A stretch of DNA of 64,000 nucleotides from Eledone cirrhosa (GCA_964016885.1 OZ024743.1:61194001-61258000); one strand, 5' to 3'; counted from the stretch's first letter, positions 11,975 through 27,440 are shown. A program made the numbers and translations. The notes: generated from the letters alone by a model not told the origin.

Positions 11975-13815
11975 GTGATATTAGACTTATCTGCCCTTCC
12001 AAGTCTGACATTGGCATTATCAGTAAGAAAATTTTAGATAAAATCATCCCACAGATTAAACACAAGATATACCTTAAACAATGGGAAATACAGGTGAAGT
12101 GATTGAATGGTTCAAAGATATCAAGGATAGCAAGGATAAAAAGTTTATTCAATTTGATATCAATTCATACTACACCTCTATTTCCCCTATCCTATTAAAT
12201 AAGGCACTTATCATGGCCATGGACAATAGTGACCTGACTAGACCCCAGATTGATGTCATACTTGCGGCCCGTAAAACAGTAATCACCTTTGGGGACCAAT
12301 TATGGACCCGCAAGGATACGCAAAACAACTTCGACATAACCATGGGATCTAGTGACTCAGCGCAGGTCACTGATTTAGTCGGCCTATATTTACTTAACGA
12401 AATCCATAAGGACCTTCCATACCTCAACGGTGGTTTGTACCGCGATGATGCACTTCTACTTATAGATTATAAAAAAATTCAATATAGAAAGAACTAGAAA
12501 ACTATTGCACAAGACATTCAAAAACTATAACCTTAGTATTACCATGGACAAAAACACTAAAAACGTTAACTTCCTGGACGCCACCCTCTACCTAGACTCA
12601 AAGATATATGCACCTTTCCACAAACCTAATGAAAAACTCATTTACGTAGATACCAAGTCTAACCACCCTAGATCTATATTAAACTCTATCTCTAAGGGGG
12701 TATCTAATAGAATCTCTAATCTATCCTATGACGTAAACAAATTTAGCAAAAACTCACAATATTATAATCAAGCATTAGCTAGATCAGGCCATAATATAGA
12801 GATTGAGTTCCTACCTACAAAAACACATAGCTACAACATTATTTCGCACAACATGTCCATGAGGAAATTTAGTAATAGGAATAGCAACCACACACACACT
12901 AATACGGAAGATCCAAACAAAAATAACCCACACCACAGAAATTACCATAGTACCATAAAAGGAAACAACTCACCAGACATAAAAAACAAAAATAGAAGAA
13001 GAAATAATACATTTTCAACCCTCCTTTCAATCTAAACGTCTCTACCAACCTACCTAGGGCTTTCTTCTCACTACTAGATAAAAACTTCCCATCCGGCCAT
13101 AAGTACCATAGCCTTTTAAACAAAAACACTATTAAAATCTCCTACTCTACTGCGCCTAACATAGCATACCACATAGCTAGTAGCAATAAAAGAAAAATTA
13201 ATTCTTACTTCCAGCAAACTAAATCATAACAGACGATAAACCTTCAAAATAACATTATAGCAACTAACCCTAATATCAATAGAAATAATAGTAATAACAC
13301 TAGTGTAAACAATAACGCTGGGAACGTCAACCCACATAACCATAACCCTATAGCTACCATCCAAACTTCTACACAACATAATAACCGGCAGACTAACACC
13401 CAAAATAATTGTAACTGTAGATCAAATAGAACCTGCCCTTTAGATAAAAAATGCTTAACCAAGGATATCATATACTCATGCACAGTCACAACTAGCAACT
13501 CTTCTGAAACCTATATAGGCTCTACTTCAAACTGCTTCAAAACCAGATACAATTCGCACCTCCACTCTTTCAAAAAACATATCTAGCTACATACACTATC
13601 TAAAAACTAAAAATAAACCATATACACTTAAATGGGAAGTGATAGGTAACGCGTCATCGTACAAACCACCTAATAAATTTTGTAACCTCTGTCTACTAGA
13701 GACCCATACTATCATCTTCTCAAACCATAACCTCCTTAATAAAAAATCAGAAGTGTTCGCGTCTTGCCAACACCGCTTCCGACACTCCTTCCAAAACTTT
13801 AAACCCAATATATAA
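11975..13815 (+). pseudogene. Penelope RT + C-terminal GIY-YIG endonuclease, frameshifted
   Basis: RLICPSKSDIG, FIQFDINSYYTSI, MGSSDSA, LYRDD, NFLD, SNHP, then CNCR..CPL..CL..IIY..YIG..FKTRY..H, FCNLCLLE, LLNKKSE..CQHR; stop at 13813-13815. Confidence 0.9.
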
Positions 13816-15284
13816 CAATGTCAGGCTTGAACCCGTCACCACCTCTAGCAGCAATCATCAGGGGCACACCTTACACCTCATCTCCACACCCATTAATCCT
13901 CTTTAACGCAATTAGTGACATCCTCCTAGTACCTTTTACCTTGGAGATGTCCCCATGTACTTCTACTTTTGGTATATTGGCCTTCAATTGCTTAGACTAC
14001 ATTACACCAATGTAAACTTTAAGCACGGAATTGGTTGTGCTAACAATGTCCTGTGTATGTAGTGCCATCATTGGATAAATGGAAGATTAAGTAATTAATT
14101 TATTAACATAAAAGAGCTATATAATCTATATGCTGAGTGCAATGAATTATGTAAGGTGATGTATGAGTTATAAATGCATGTATGACTTGATGGTCAGATC
14201 AGTGTCTTTGTGGGTGAGAATTGATCTCTGGACTTCCCTAGTGATATTTAACTTTGCCATGTAATCAGTCATGCAATGACCCAGAACTTACCAGGAGTCA
14301 TATATAGAAGTGATTCTAATAAGACCCTGCCAGGTCCTGCGGGTGGACTACACTTACAGAGATCATTGATTTGGAGATCTGACTCTTCATGTGGAATGTT
14401 CGGTGGGGGTACTCTATGATAAAAAGTAATCATCCTAATATGAACACCTTTAGTACTTCTCGATAGACTACACTGTAATTTATAGATAAGATACTTAAAT
14501 TTAGAAATTGTTTATAACCTTATATGATGGGAACTCATTTGAGACACCATTAATGTACTTTAGGATAATAAATTTAACTATAGAAATCAGCTAGTTACCT
14601 CCCCTTACGCATTAACTCCCCTTAATCACACACACACTTCCGGAATATAATACGATGTCATCTCTCACAACAAAAACAACCTGATCTATGAATCGAATTA
14701 AAGAACGACAAGCTGTGATGTTCTAGCATGGTTCACCAGGCACCCAATGTTGAATCATCGTGGATTGTGAGATGGGCATGTAGTCTATAAATTGCGTTTC
14801 CTGGATTGTGAGAGTGGTGGTGTGTACGAGGACAGTGGTGCTGTTTTGCTTCTCATTTGTAATATTTTTGATATTTTTGGTGTTTCTCCACACACGGGCT
14901 TCTATATCGTACAGGTGTGTGTAAATAATGCTTAGCCATTTCACCCCCATGATGCTCTTGATTGTCTGCTTTGACTGCTTGTTTTACTTGTAACAATCTG
15001 CCGCACTATAATCTTGTATAAATAGGACACGCGTGCATGCCACACGTGTGACTGTTGCATACACTGGCTACTCCAAACTTTCCTTTTGCTTTATCTTAGT
15101 AGACTGCCAATGTTTTATTTTAATTTTAATTTTTAATTTTAATTTTAACTTTAATTTTGTCCTTTAATTACCATGCTATATTATTATAAAGGATGTCAAC
15201 CCACTGTGGGTCAATCTATACATATGTTTCTATATGTCTTTTGTGTTGAAAAGGAGGTCAAGTATGTTAAAAATCACTGAATAA

Positions 15285-15333
15285 TTACTCCGAAGACTCC
15301 AAACCACGGTTTGGAAGAAACAATTGTAAGCAG
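15285..15333 (+). ncRNA. Type I hammerhead, degenerate (U4C), at the Penelope 3' end
   Basis: CCGAAGA-c-tccaaacc/ggtttgga-a-GAAA-caattg-TA; palindromic stem III; weak stem I. Confidence 0.65.
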
Positions 15334-15683
15334 ATAAATGATTTAAACAGAACTTTGTTTCATGTAATCTCTCTCTCTCTATATATATATATATTTCAAT
15401 CATATCTCATTTTGTTTGACCCGTTTAGCTTGTTCGCATTTTTGGCTATGGTGGTTAATGGCTTCTTAACCATCGTCTCAGCGTGTATGACCATTTTAAC
15501 TTATGTTTATAGCTCTGGTATTTCTTCTTCTTATCCATGGAGCGCTTGTCTGCACAATATGGAAGTTGCGTTTCGCTAATTTCTACCCGCCGAAATGCGA
15601 TTCTCGCTAAATTTATATTTGTATATATATATATATAGCAGCAATCAACACAATGAGGAAGTCAAGTTATATATTACTTTAGA

Positions 15684-15752
<69 letters not shown>

Positions 15753-16071
15753 GATGTTTGTACATATATACATGCATATATATATATTATATATATATAT
15801 ATAGTTATGTAATATACAACATAAGGCAATTATTTCATTTACCAGTGGTTTCTTGAAAGCAAACAAATTTTGCTTTCAATCATCAGAATGAAAAAATCCT
15901 GGTGTATTTATTGACATTGGATTTAAAAAAAAACAAAAATATAATCTATATGAAAGTGAGGCTGGAAAAGGAAGAAGAAAAGGAAAAATAAACACACATG
16001 CACACACACACACACAGAATTACATACACACACATATATACATACACATATATACACATATACATACATAT

Positions 16072-16140
<69 letters not shown>

Positions 16141-16208
16141 CATACACATATACATACACGTACAAATACACATACATATACATATACATATATATATATA
16201 TATATATA

Positions 16209-16352
16209 AAAAAAAAAGCAAAATCTGGTTTCTAAGACATAAGTCTCTCGCTATTGCTAGGCTAAAGAAATACATAAATTTATTTATGTATTTCTTTAGC
16301 CTAGCAATAGCGAGAGACTTATGTCTTAGTAACCAGATTTTGCTTTTTTTTT
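16209..16352. repeat. Near-perfect ~144 bp palindrome
   Basis: gcaaaatctggtttctaagacataagtctctcgctattgctagg... mirrored around ~16280. Confidence 0.9.
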
Positions 16353-16812
16353 TCTCTCTCAGTACCTTTTATAGTTTTACCTTTCATTGCTCTACTTACC
16401 GTTTCGACCTCCTCCCCCCCCCTCCCCAGTATCCTCTTTGACCTCACACCCAGCTGTAGCTGGCACTACCAACGCATGAATGGGTCTACTCCACCCCCTC
16501 TCCCTTTTTCTCCTACCGGCAGGTTTAGCTACCCCTTCCCCCACCAACTTGCAATCACAGATTTACTACTAACTTGTGATGTGACCAATCCTGGTGATTA
16601 TCTCTTTGACCATATATGGAAGTACCCCTTGACAAGTTCGGCTATTTAAATACCAGAATAAATTTTCATTCAGTACAGAATTAGCCGTCGAAACGGCTTG
16701 AGCTCAGCCGTCGGGGTTTTACTTGTTCCTATTACCCACTCTACTACCCGAAGTATTGAGTACTTTGGTGTGTTATGGTCCACCTGGTTCCTTACCACAT
16801 TTCCTTCGTTAT
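16353..16812 (+). mobile_element. Family-A hammerhead element, longest copy
   Basis: Contains a complete ribozyme and an ~80 bp tail ending in (TA)n. Shorter copies at 9196, 10458, 27331 and 35567. Confidence 0.8.
16621..16723 (+). ncRNA. Type I hammerhead ribozyme, U3-A8 core
   Basis: cccc-TTGACAA-g..cggcta...tagccg.c-GAAA-cggct-tgagctc-agccg-TC-gggg. Confidence 0.85.
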
Positions 16813-17067
16813 ATATATATATATCATACATATATACATACATACATTCAGATATACACACCACACAACGTTTTATATTATGCTAGGCAATCCCTCATAC
16901 ACACCTTAATTTCACTTTCAATATAGACAAACACAGATACACATATGCACGCATATACGCATACACATACGTTCAAACAATCAGTGGCAAGGACTGTTAA
17001 CTCATAAATATTTAGTCTAAATACACAAAGGTTGCTTGTGCCCTACGTGTGTGTGTGTATATATATA

Positions 17068-17802
<735 letters not shown>

Positions 17803-18012
17803 GACGAAAGTGGATGTACGTTTTTTGAAGCTCCGTGGGTAAGCAATTTTTTGAGGATTAATTGTGGAGAATTGTTTATTTTTTTGTACCGCTGAAGCAT
17901 TATAAGACATTCATTTGTATCCTGTGAAGGAATAACTCATAATATTTGGGCCTTTTGGCCCAAATATTTGAACTTTATTTTGGAAAAATAATAATTTTTT
18001 TCTCAAAAAAAC

Positions 18013-19922
18013 ATGGCGGAGTCACGCCCCCTAGAGGCGGGTCTGCTGTCGTGCAACGGTGACTTGAGCGTTGAGAGGAGAGGTGGGGCGAGGAGCGCCA
18101 CCAGCACGAGTGTGAGCAGCGACAGTGCCAGCACCAACGGGCCGAGCGGCGCGGAAGGTGGTAACAGCGACAACACCAACACCAACAAGCCGAACAGCGC
18201 AGAAGGTGGTAATAGCGAGAGCACCAACAAAACGAACAGCACAGAGAGTAATAGTAGCGACAGCAGCAGCACCAACAAGGCCAACAGCACAGAGGGTAAC
18301 CACGACACAGGGGAGAACAACAACAGCAATAGCAGCAGCAACACCAACAAGAACAACAACAGTGACAACACCAACAAGAACACCTTCGCTGCTGTGGCAG
18401 CGGCTAAAAGGAGACCATGCTACAGCATCGACTTAACCAACAGAGAGGAAAAGTTGGCCCAAGCCTGGAAAATCATAAATCAAGAGCAGACCTGGGCAAA
18501 CTTAACTGTCCCGGCAGAAGCCATTGAGGCAGTGGAAAAAAGAACGGTGCATTTCAGATGCATCTCAGTAGAGACAAAGAGGGCAGCGATAATCGCCCAA
18601 GCTGATATAGAAGCCGCACTGAAATACATCAGAGAGGACACAGACTTCATAGAGAGGGGCAGGCAATACGGCACCGTTTCGGTGCTGTTCAAGTCTGAAG
18701 CCCTCGCTGTGAAGCATTCAATGACCCCTTGCAAAACCAGCAAGGTCATAATGTACCCCTCCCACATGGGAAAACGAATAGCACGTGTGCGCATTCCCAG
18801 GATTCCACCAGGACTTGATATGTGGTGGCTCCTGGGTTGCGTAATCGTGGAAGGAACGGATACAGTCCCGGTAGAGGCAACGAGAACTGCCAGGGACGAC
18901 TGGTCCGGGGTTGATCTGGAGATACTGCTCCAAATCAGACCCGAAAACGTAAAAGCAATCCCGGACCACATCCGCCTCCAAAACGGGAGGGTGTTGCATA
19001 TAATGACTGAGGGCAAAAGGCCGCATTGTTTCCTTTGTGGGGAAACGACACACTTGCGAGCCTTCTGCCCTCAACTGCCGAAAAGCGCAAGGGGTCGAAA
19101 GATTCCACTGCTGGCGACGCCGGGACAAGGACCACCAGCAACACCGTCAACAATGGAACCACCAAAATTGCACACCCAGGGGGGAAACGAGGAAAGCTCT
19201 CCCATTCCCCCTCCCCCCCAAAATACACACACGAACAAGAACATAAACACTCACTCAGACACAAACACGCTCACAGCCACAGACCCCTCATCCTCCAGCA
19301 GTGAAGATGAGGGAAAACCAAAGTCCCCCAAAATACAAAAAACAAAACACAAAAAAAAAAGAAATCCACAAAGCACAAACACCCCCACAAAAAAAAATAC
19401 ACACACCACCCACACAAACATTTCCCCCACAGCATCACCAACACAACCACCAAAATCCCCCAAACGCAAACAAGCTAAACAGACACAAGAACAAATAGAC
19501 ACACAAACATCAGAAACTACAGACACCCACCCATAACAAACGCAGACACAATAGAAACAACACTAACAAAGCTATCACCACCACAATCACACGAACAAAT
19601 AAAACCCGAGCAACAAAACATTAAAAACTTCGTGCTTGCCAGAAGGGCCAACAAGGAACTGATGGCCCATGTAGCACGAAGCACAAACATCGAAAAAGAG
19701 GGGGAAACATTTGAAGCGAGCACATTTCGCGTACCAGATAATTTGCTTCTGATGCGAATGTCGCTCGCTTCATACAAAGAAATTCGAAAGAGCTTTCCTC
19801 GGGATGTGGGAACCCCGAACGTAAAACCCACTTCAAGACTATTAAAGGGGTTCCCAAAAGAAACCCCACAAACCATGGAGGTCGAACCACCCGACCTTCA
19901 CAAGACCCCGGAAGGTAAGTAA
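18013..19922 (+). pseudogene. Tx1 ORF1 (zinc knuckle), frameshifted near 19530
   Basis: 507 aa ORF with CFLCGETTHLRAFC. The reading frame appears to continue in 19632-19922, just before the ORF2 ATG. Confidence 0.8.
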
Positions 19923-19951
19923 ACCTTTCCTCTCCCATTCATCCTGCCAGC

Positions 19952-22900
19952 ATGGCCATAAGAGTAGGAAGTTTAAATGTTCGTGGCCTGGGGTCGCCCT
20001 GGAAGCAAGGTCACTTGCTCAACGACCTCAGGTCACTAGGAATGGATGTAATTGCCATCAGCGAGACCAGAATTTCCGACACACGCGCACTGGCGCCGAT
20101 TTTCGACGATTATCAGATCTTTGCATCTGTTAGTCGGCCGGGAATGGGAGGTGGAGTGGCTGTGCTGTTTAGGAAATGTCTGGATCTCGAGGTAAGGTCA
20201 ATCTTCCGGGATCCTGACGGAAAGTTGGTGGTCCTGGACGTGAGCAATAGCGAAGGTGGTGCCTTTAGACTGGTGGCCGTCTACGCCCCTACTGGGGCCG
20301 GTCGGCCGGACTTCTTTAGGCGCCTGGAAAACTTTCTGCTTACGTCTCGCCCTTTACTGTTAATAGGGGATTGGAATGGCATCTTAGAAGCACGCTGGGA
20401 TTGTGTGGGAGTATCTGATAGGAGCGGGGGGTGCAAAAGCCTCAAGTACCTGATCAGCCAGTTTCAACTGTCTGACAGGTACCGACTAGATTTCCCTAAT
20501 GCGCCAGTATGGACCTGGACCAATCGCATAGGGTCATCTAGATCGTACATAGATAGGATTTTCATTAGGAAAAGAGATAGAAATAGTGTAGGATGTCCAC
20601 ATTTTAAAACGGTTGCCTATTCAGATCACAAGCTTGTGATCTGTATGGTCGACCTAGATAAGACACGTAGGTTAGGACCTAGCTACTGGAAGCTAAACAT
20701 GTCGTTTCCGGCACGTAAAGCTTACAGGGACCGGGTCAACAACTTAGTTAAGCAAAAGTTGACAGGGGGGGGGGGGGGTTGTCAACAACAGGTAGTGGGG
20801 GGCTCTCAAAAGAGAGATTAGAGCAACCTCGATAGGATTTAGCAAAGAAGTAGCAATAGAGAAAAATAGAAAGGAGGAGGGGCTGATAGCTAAGTTAGAC
20901 GAGGCTATTTGTAGTGGCATTGCAACAGACGTGCTAGCGGCGAGAATGGCACTAGACCATTTCTTCAATGCGAAACACGAAGGTTGCATTGTCAGAGCTA
21001 AGGCGCGTGCTCTGAGGAACGAGGGAACCAAAGCTGCCCGATGGGCTCGCTTTGCAGAGACGCAGCGTGGAAATAAAACCACAATTCGGTCTTTGACGGA
21101 TCGAGATGGACACGAACTGAGCGATTCCAAGCAGATGTGTGAGGCCTTTCGCCAGCACTTTGCTCGATTGTTCGGGAGGATGGGTGAGTCGGAGACGGCG
21201 GCGGACTTCAGTCCCTACCTCGACGGCTTGCCACGCCTCTCGACGGCCGACGCTGAGCGCTGCGAAGAGCCGATAACATCAGTCGAAATTCAGGACGCCC
21301 TTGTCGGCTGCTCGAGTCGCAAGTCACCCGGTTTGGATGGTCTGCCCTACGAGCTTTACGTAAATATGCCAGACTTGTTCTCCGATCTCCTCGAAGCGCT
21401 CTACTGCAACTGGCAGCAGAACGGGAGCATTCCCAGTTCTGTGAGCCGTGGCGTAGTGACGCTGATAAGGAAAGACGAGAACAAGAGGGACACACTAGAT
21501 AATTTCAGGCCCATAACCCTGCTCAACACAGAGTTTAAGATTTTGGCCAAGGTGTTAGCGAAAAGGTTGGCGCTTGTCGTCAAAGATTTGGTTGGGGAGG
21601 CGCAAACTTGCGCAATCCCGACCAGGTCCATACACGACAACCTCCACCTCATGCGATACATCATAGAGAGGGTTGGGTGCAAACCTAGCTTCGGTGGGGC
21701 TCTGATCAATTTAGATCAATCGAAAGCATTCGATAGGGTCGACCATCGGTACTTGGAGGCTGTCCTCGAGGCGGCTGGCTTCGGCCCCGTCTTCAGAAGC
21801 TGGATCGCTGCAATGTACAGCGGCATCTGCTCGGTGGTCAAAGTTAATGGCCACCTCTCGGAACCGTTTCAGATCTCTCGATCGGTCCGTCAAGGGTGCC
21901 CTCTCTCCTCACTTCTGTACGTATTGACTCTTGAGCCTCTACTGCGGAAGCTGGAGTTGTTGCAGGGCATCCCGCTCTAACCGGGACGCAGAAAGGCTGC
22001 GTCCGCTTATGCGGACGACATCACCGTGATGGTGTCGGACACCTCGGAAATCGAGGTGATCCGCACCCATTTGGAGGAATATGAAAGGTTGACGGGAGCA
22101 AAACTTAACCCGGAAAAGTCGGTGGGCTTGCAGCTCGGCACCTGGAGAGGCAAGTCCATGCCGTCCAACAGCGTCGTTGGGCGCTGGACAGACGGACCGG
22201 TAAAGTTGCTCGGGGTTTGGTTCGGACCAGACCTCCAGGTGGATAAGAATTGGGACGAGGTGACGAGCAGGATAGCCAACCTCACCCAGAAATGGGCTGA
22301 GAGAAAGCTATCACTGAAAGGGCGGGCGGAGGTGGCGAACGCGTACATCGCGTCCGTCATCTACTACCGCCTGACCGTCGTGCCTTGCCCCCGTCCACGC
22401 CTCGCCAATTTGGAACGGCTCCTTTTCAAATTTTTGTGAAGGGGACGGGTCCCGTTGGTGAGGCGGTCCATCTGCTGCCAGCACCCTCTTCGTGGAGGGC
22501 TGGGCATGCCGTGGCTAATGATGTGCAGACATGCGCTGAGGATGCGACATCTCCAGATATTTTGCCTAAACGGTGAACAGGTGTGGTCGCCGTTTGTTAG
22601 ACGGGCCTTTCCGCAGCTCATCTCTTTGACTGAGCTGCAGTCCTGGGTCAAGAAGAGACCGAGACTGGGCGACTGGCATCTGGAATGTTGCCAGGCGCTC
22701 ACTGCACTCTGCAAGGTGGGCAATGCGGTCAGTGGAACTTCCACTCAAGATTTCTATAGAGGATTAGTGGAGGGCAAGTACGATGACGTACTAGGAGAGG
22801 TTCTAGGCGTCAACGAAGTAGAACTGACCAGTATGTTCCGGAGGACTTTCGAGCCGGGGACGATGGATAACTTCCAGAAATCCCTCGCTTGGCAGTGCTA

Positions 22901-23361
22901 CCGGGGGGCGCTGCCGGTTCGGGATAAACTCTACAGGCACGGAAGTGCTGTCAGACGAACCTGCCCGAGATGCGCGCAGAGCGACGAAACCGTTCTGCAC
23001 GCACTCGTCCAGTGTCCGTGCATTGCTGACTTGTGGGGTTATGTCGAACAGCTATTGTCGCGTGTAGAACGGATCCGGCTATCGTCCGAGTCCATAGTGA
23101 AGATTGACCCGCCGCCTTCTTTTGGTCAGGAAGGGCAGGCAATTTTCCTCTGCCTGGTGGCAGTAGCGAAAGAGGTTGAAAGGACTGAAGACAGACACTT
23201 TTCTCTTCGGCCAATCCCTCATCAACTTCTTCAAGTTTCACTTGGAAAGGAAGGTGAGGGTGGAGAGAGAAGTGCTGCCCCCCAGTACATTTACTGAAAG
23301 GTGGGTGAATGTGGCGAGAATGGCCCGCGTGAGTCGGCCTACTCTGATCATGCGCCTGTAG
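19952..23361 (+). pseudogene. Tx1 ORF2: APE endonuclease, RT, C-terminal zinc finger; disrupted
   Basis: GSLNVRGL, SET, VYAP, GDWN, SYIDR, SDH; KSPGLDGLPYE, NFRPITLLN, LDQSKAFDRV, RQGCPLS, YADD, CPRC..H...C. Frameshifts at the G-run ~20770 and at ~23176; stops at ~21978 and ~22437. Confidence 0.92.
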
Positions 23362-23694
23362 GCTGGTGAATTCGAGAAGGAGAGGGGTGCCCTTCCCGGT
23401 GCCCTAGGAGCGTCGGGTGGCTCAGGACTGGTGGGGTGCTTGAGTCAACCCTGGGTGGTGATCCCTCTTATTGGGGAACTTTCATTGTTGTATTTTTATT
23501 GTTATTTTGTTTTTTTGTTATTTATACTTACTCGATCTCTATGTAAACCCCCACTGTCCCTGTCTATTGTGTTGTCCCCTATATGTCGGCCCTTGTGGCC
23601 AATAAATGAAATCATTATTATTGTTATTAATGTATGTGTGTATATATGTGTGAGTGTATGTGTATGTATGTGTGTGTGTATATATGTATATGTG

Positions 23695-23744
<50 letters not shown>

Positions 23745-23757
23745 TCCCCTTTTTTTT

Positions 23758-23788
<31 letters not shown>

Positions 23789-23830
23789 TTTTTTTCTTGT
23801 GCAATGGCCATACTCGATAACGAGGGGGCA

Positions 23831-23891
<61 letters not shown>

Positions 23892-23920
23892 GATGATGTT
23901 CTAGTTATATATATATATAT

Positions 23921-23962
<42 letters not shown>

Positions 23963-24203
23963 GTATGTATACACTTATATATGCACACACACAAATGATG
24001 TTACTAGTTAAATTACTTGTGGTGATACTGTTATTAAACATGGTACCCTATACTTTAATGAAAGTAAACTGCAGATATTATTCATTACATGTAAGCGCGA
24101 CGGTCAACTTAAACATAAGCTATTGAATCTTGACCACTGACTGGCCGTAAATGCAATCAATAATACATATATAACGGAATACTCCTATACATTACACGCA
24201 CAA

Positions 24204-24256
<53 letters not shown>

Positions 24257-25144
24257 TGTGTGTGTGTGTGTGTGTATATATACATATGTGTGTGTATACA
24301 TGTTTGTGTATACATATATGTGTGTGTATACATATATATATATGTGTGTGTGTATACATATATATATGTGTGTGTGTGTGTGTATAGATATATGTGTGTG
24401 TGTGTGTGTGTGTGGATGTATTATGAGCAAGACACAGTCACTGACCCGGCTTACCTCTAATGGGGCAACCCGTCTAACCCATGCTAGTGTGGAAAATGGA
24501 CGTTAGACCATGATGGTGATGATGATATATACATACATATATATATATCATCATCATATATACATATATATCATCATCATCATATATGTGTTATATGTAA
24601 ATTTCTGCTGTTCCAAATTACGTATGAAAAACTAAGGAAATAGGAAAAAATTCCTTAATAAAATTCATCAACGTGAGGCAGAGCCGTGTTTTTAATATTA
24701 CATGTAAGAATGCCTTTTACATACTCATACAACTATATATATATCTGTGTGTGTGTGTGTGTGTGTGTATACATACATAGATGCACACACACACACATAT
24801 ATATGTATATATAAAATCAACAGGATGGGTGGGCTAAGTTGAAATTTGAAATGATTCCTTCCGTCATAAGGGTCTGATTATAATTAAATGTTGAAAAAAT
24901 CCGGTGACGTACCAACTATTATTATGGTCATTTGTGTTTGCTCCAGTTCACTCAGCTGTAGAAATGAATTGCGATGTTACTGGTGTCAAGCAATATCGGC
25001 CTTTGTCTTCCTCGTGGAATCGAGAGAGGAGTACGTTTTGCATGGGCAACAGCTTATCATCCATAGCATCTTGCCCAGTCTCGGAAGGAAATTTCTAAGT
25101 TTAGAACCCATGGTCATTCCTAACTGAAGGGGTCTTTACCATTT

Positions 25145-25190
<46 letters not shown>

Positions 25191-25192
<2 letters not shown>

Positions 25193-25640
25193 ATCATCGT
25201 TTAACGTCCATCTTCCACGCTAGCATGGGTTGGACGATTTTGGCCCATTTGGTGCGAGATTGATCCGTAGACCGTGTCTCGCTCGTACAGAACAGTTTCT
25301 GGCAGGTTTTCTACGGCTGGATGCCCTTCCTAACACCAACCACATTTACAGTGTGGACTGGGAGCCTTTTTCACTGTGTCTCCTACACGACCACTTTACA
25401 GTGGACGGAAATGGGAAGATGTAGTGAGTGGGGTGTATATTGGGTTAAGAGGTGCCTACTGACTGTAGGTTTGTATGCAAGGGAAGTCGGATCTTCTGTA
25501 TAACTGCATAGTGCCAAAGATCTTGATACAGTGACATTGCCTTAGAGAGGTGTAAGTGAGCAAGGTCAGTTTTTATCACCCCCGTCCCAGGCTTTTCTTG
25601 GTCTACCCACTCCGTAGCTTCCATTAATTTTAAGGTTAAA
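25191..25640 (-). mobile_element. Older RTE 3' end related to 1-520
   Basis: Aligns by eye with the ORF end and UTR of the first element; (CAT)n tail. Confidence 0.75.
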
Positions 25641-26019
25641 TACTCTGGAGTTTCAGCCGTCAACCACTTACGGATATATAAGTTAGCGTGGTGTGTGTGT
25701 GTGTGTGTATGTGTACATATCATCATCAGCAGCAGCTTTTACGTGCGTATTATACATAGTTATTTAGTGGTATGTGTGTCCCTGTGAGTGAAATTGAGTA
25801 CAGAGAATTTGTGTGGTCACCCTGTCAGATGGACTGTACCAGTAATTGTAAAGTGCCTTCTGTCTGACCAATCTCTACACATTGCAACTCTAGAAATGGT
25901 GGTGGTGTTAGTAGTAGTAGTATCTTTAGATATATGGTAACGAAAGGGTGTAGTAAATGATGAAGATTTAGAAGATATTAGCAACTTGGTCTCTGATAGT
26001 CTATAATATAGAATGTAAA

Positions 26020-26094
26020 TTACCGTTTGCGGCCCGCCTGATGATGAGCCATATCTCATGCGGCCCGCTGCTCGAAAAAGGTTGCCCATGCCTG
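26020..26094 (-). mobile_element. hAT-like DNA transposon terminus
   Basis: Minus strand caggcatgggcaacctttttcgagcagcgggccgcat resembles hAT/Charlie ends; the partner end was not found. Confidence 0.5.
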
Positions 26095-26199
26095 GTCTAT
26101 ATGATGAGACAGTAAGCATACACATACACGTACACCAGGTCCGAACACAGGGGAGCCGAACTCCCACTGTCGATGCCTCCATCTCTATTTACACAATGG

Positions 26200-26390
26200 A
26201 CGGTGGATTGACAGTATCGGTGGAGGGACGGACGCCATGCTTTGATGCATAGAGTTACGGCCCTTGCCATTCTGAGTTCAAATCCCGCCGAAGTTAACTT
26301 TGCCTTTTATTCTTACAGGGTCGATAAAATAAAGTACCAGTAATGTACTGGTGTAATTGTCAGCCTTGTGCCAAAAGTAGAACAACTATT
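26200..26390 (+). mobile_element. tRNA-derived SINE
   Basis: Same family as 11010-11200. Confidence 0.85.
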
Positions 26391-26737
26391 TACACATGAC
26401 TACGGAGGTGGTTTCTAACGTGCTTGCTTAGTTTTAAACAAATAGCAGCTAAATCTCTCTAAAAAATGTTCAGGGATACGGAAGGACTAGTCCGAGATAT
26501 GTCTATTAGAGAAGAGAGAGGGAGATAGAGATATAGAGAGGGGGCGAGAGAGAGAGAGTGATAGAGATAAAGATTGAGCGAAAAAAATACAGAGAATAAA
26601 AAGAGTGAGGGGGGCGGTTTCACACTAAGGATAGGATATTGACGTGTGACCAAACTACTACTACTACAAACGCCCCGCCGCCGCTGCTATTGTTGTTGCT
26701 GCTGCTGCTGCTGCTACACTCACAGGCAGCCACTTAC

Positions 26738-26758
26738 AAAGGTCTTGTATCCGTCTTT
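26738..26758 (-). CDS. Candidate 21-nt microexon
   Basis: catag|AAAGACGGATACAAGACCTTT|gtaagt. Frame-preserving, but the pyrimidine tract is weak. Confidence 0.25.
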
Positions 26759-27073
26759 CTATGATATGACCTTCACCTTTGTCTCAATTTAAAACAACAA
26801 CCTTGATAGCACTGTATCTCTCTGTCCCTGTTCACCGTAATATTTAGCCAGATTACACGATAAAACATCCGACATAACACCGTTCACAGTTATACAATAA
26901 GGGAAATATATGAATAAAAAGTAACTTATTTTAGTCGGTCTAGTTTATATCCCCCTCAAACTGAGATTGCTACTTAAGCTTATTATGTTATATCATCATC
27001 ATCACCATCGTTTTACCTCCGTTTTTACGCCCGTTTTTACGTTCGTTTTCTCACACTTTCATGGGTTGGACCA

Positions 27074-27168
<95 letters not shown>

Positions 27169-27224
27169 TCATTATAAATATATACATGCACGTGTATACA
27201 TACATATATATATATATACATGTG

Positions 27225-27290
<66 letters not shown>

Positions 27291-27293
27291 CAC

Positions 27294-27330
<37 letters not shown>

Positions 27331-27334
<4 letters not shown>

Positions 27335-27440
27335 AGGAAATGTGGTAAGGAACCAGGTGGACCATAACGCACCAAAGTACTCAATACTTAGAATTAGCCG
27401 TCGAAACGGCTTGAGCTCAGCCGTCGGGGTCTTACTTGTT

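Larger units (their letters stand above)
11969..15370 (+). mobile_element. Penelope-like retroelement (Naiad-type), 5'-truncated, with long 3' non-coding region
   Basis: RT-GIY-YIG pseudo-ORF followed by ~1.5 kb ending in a hammerhead motif and a microsatellite. Confidence 0.85.
17803..23613 (+). mobile_element. Near full-length L1/Tx1-clade LINE inserted in (ATT)n
   Basis: 5' UTR, ORF1, ORF2 and 3' UTR with aataaa at 23601. attattatt lies on both flanks. Confidence 0.92.

Noticed and set aside
11975-15370. Selenocysteine recoding or SECIS, reported for some Naiad elements
   Set aside because: The endonuclease cysteines I checked are TGT/TGC, and I saw no convincing SECIS.
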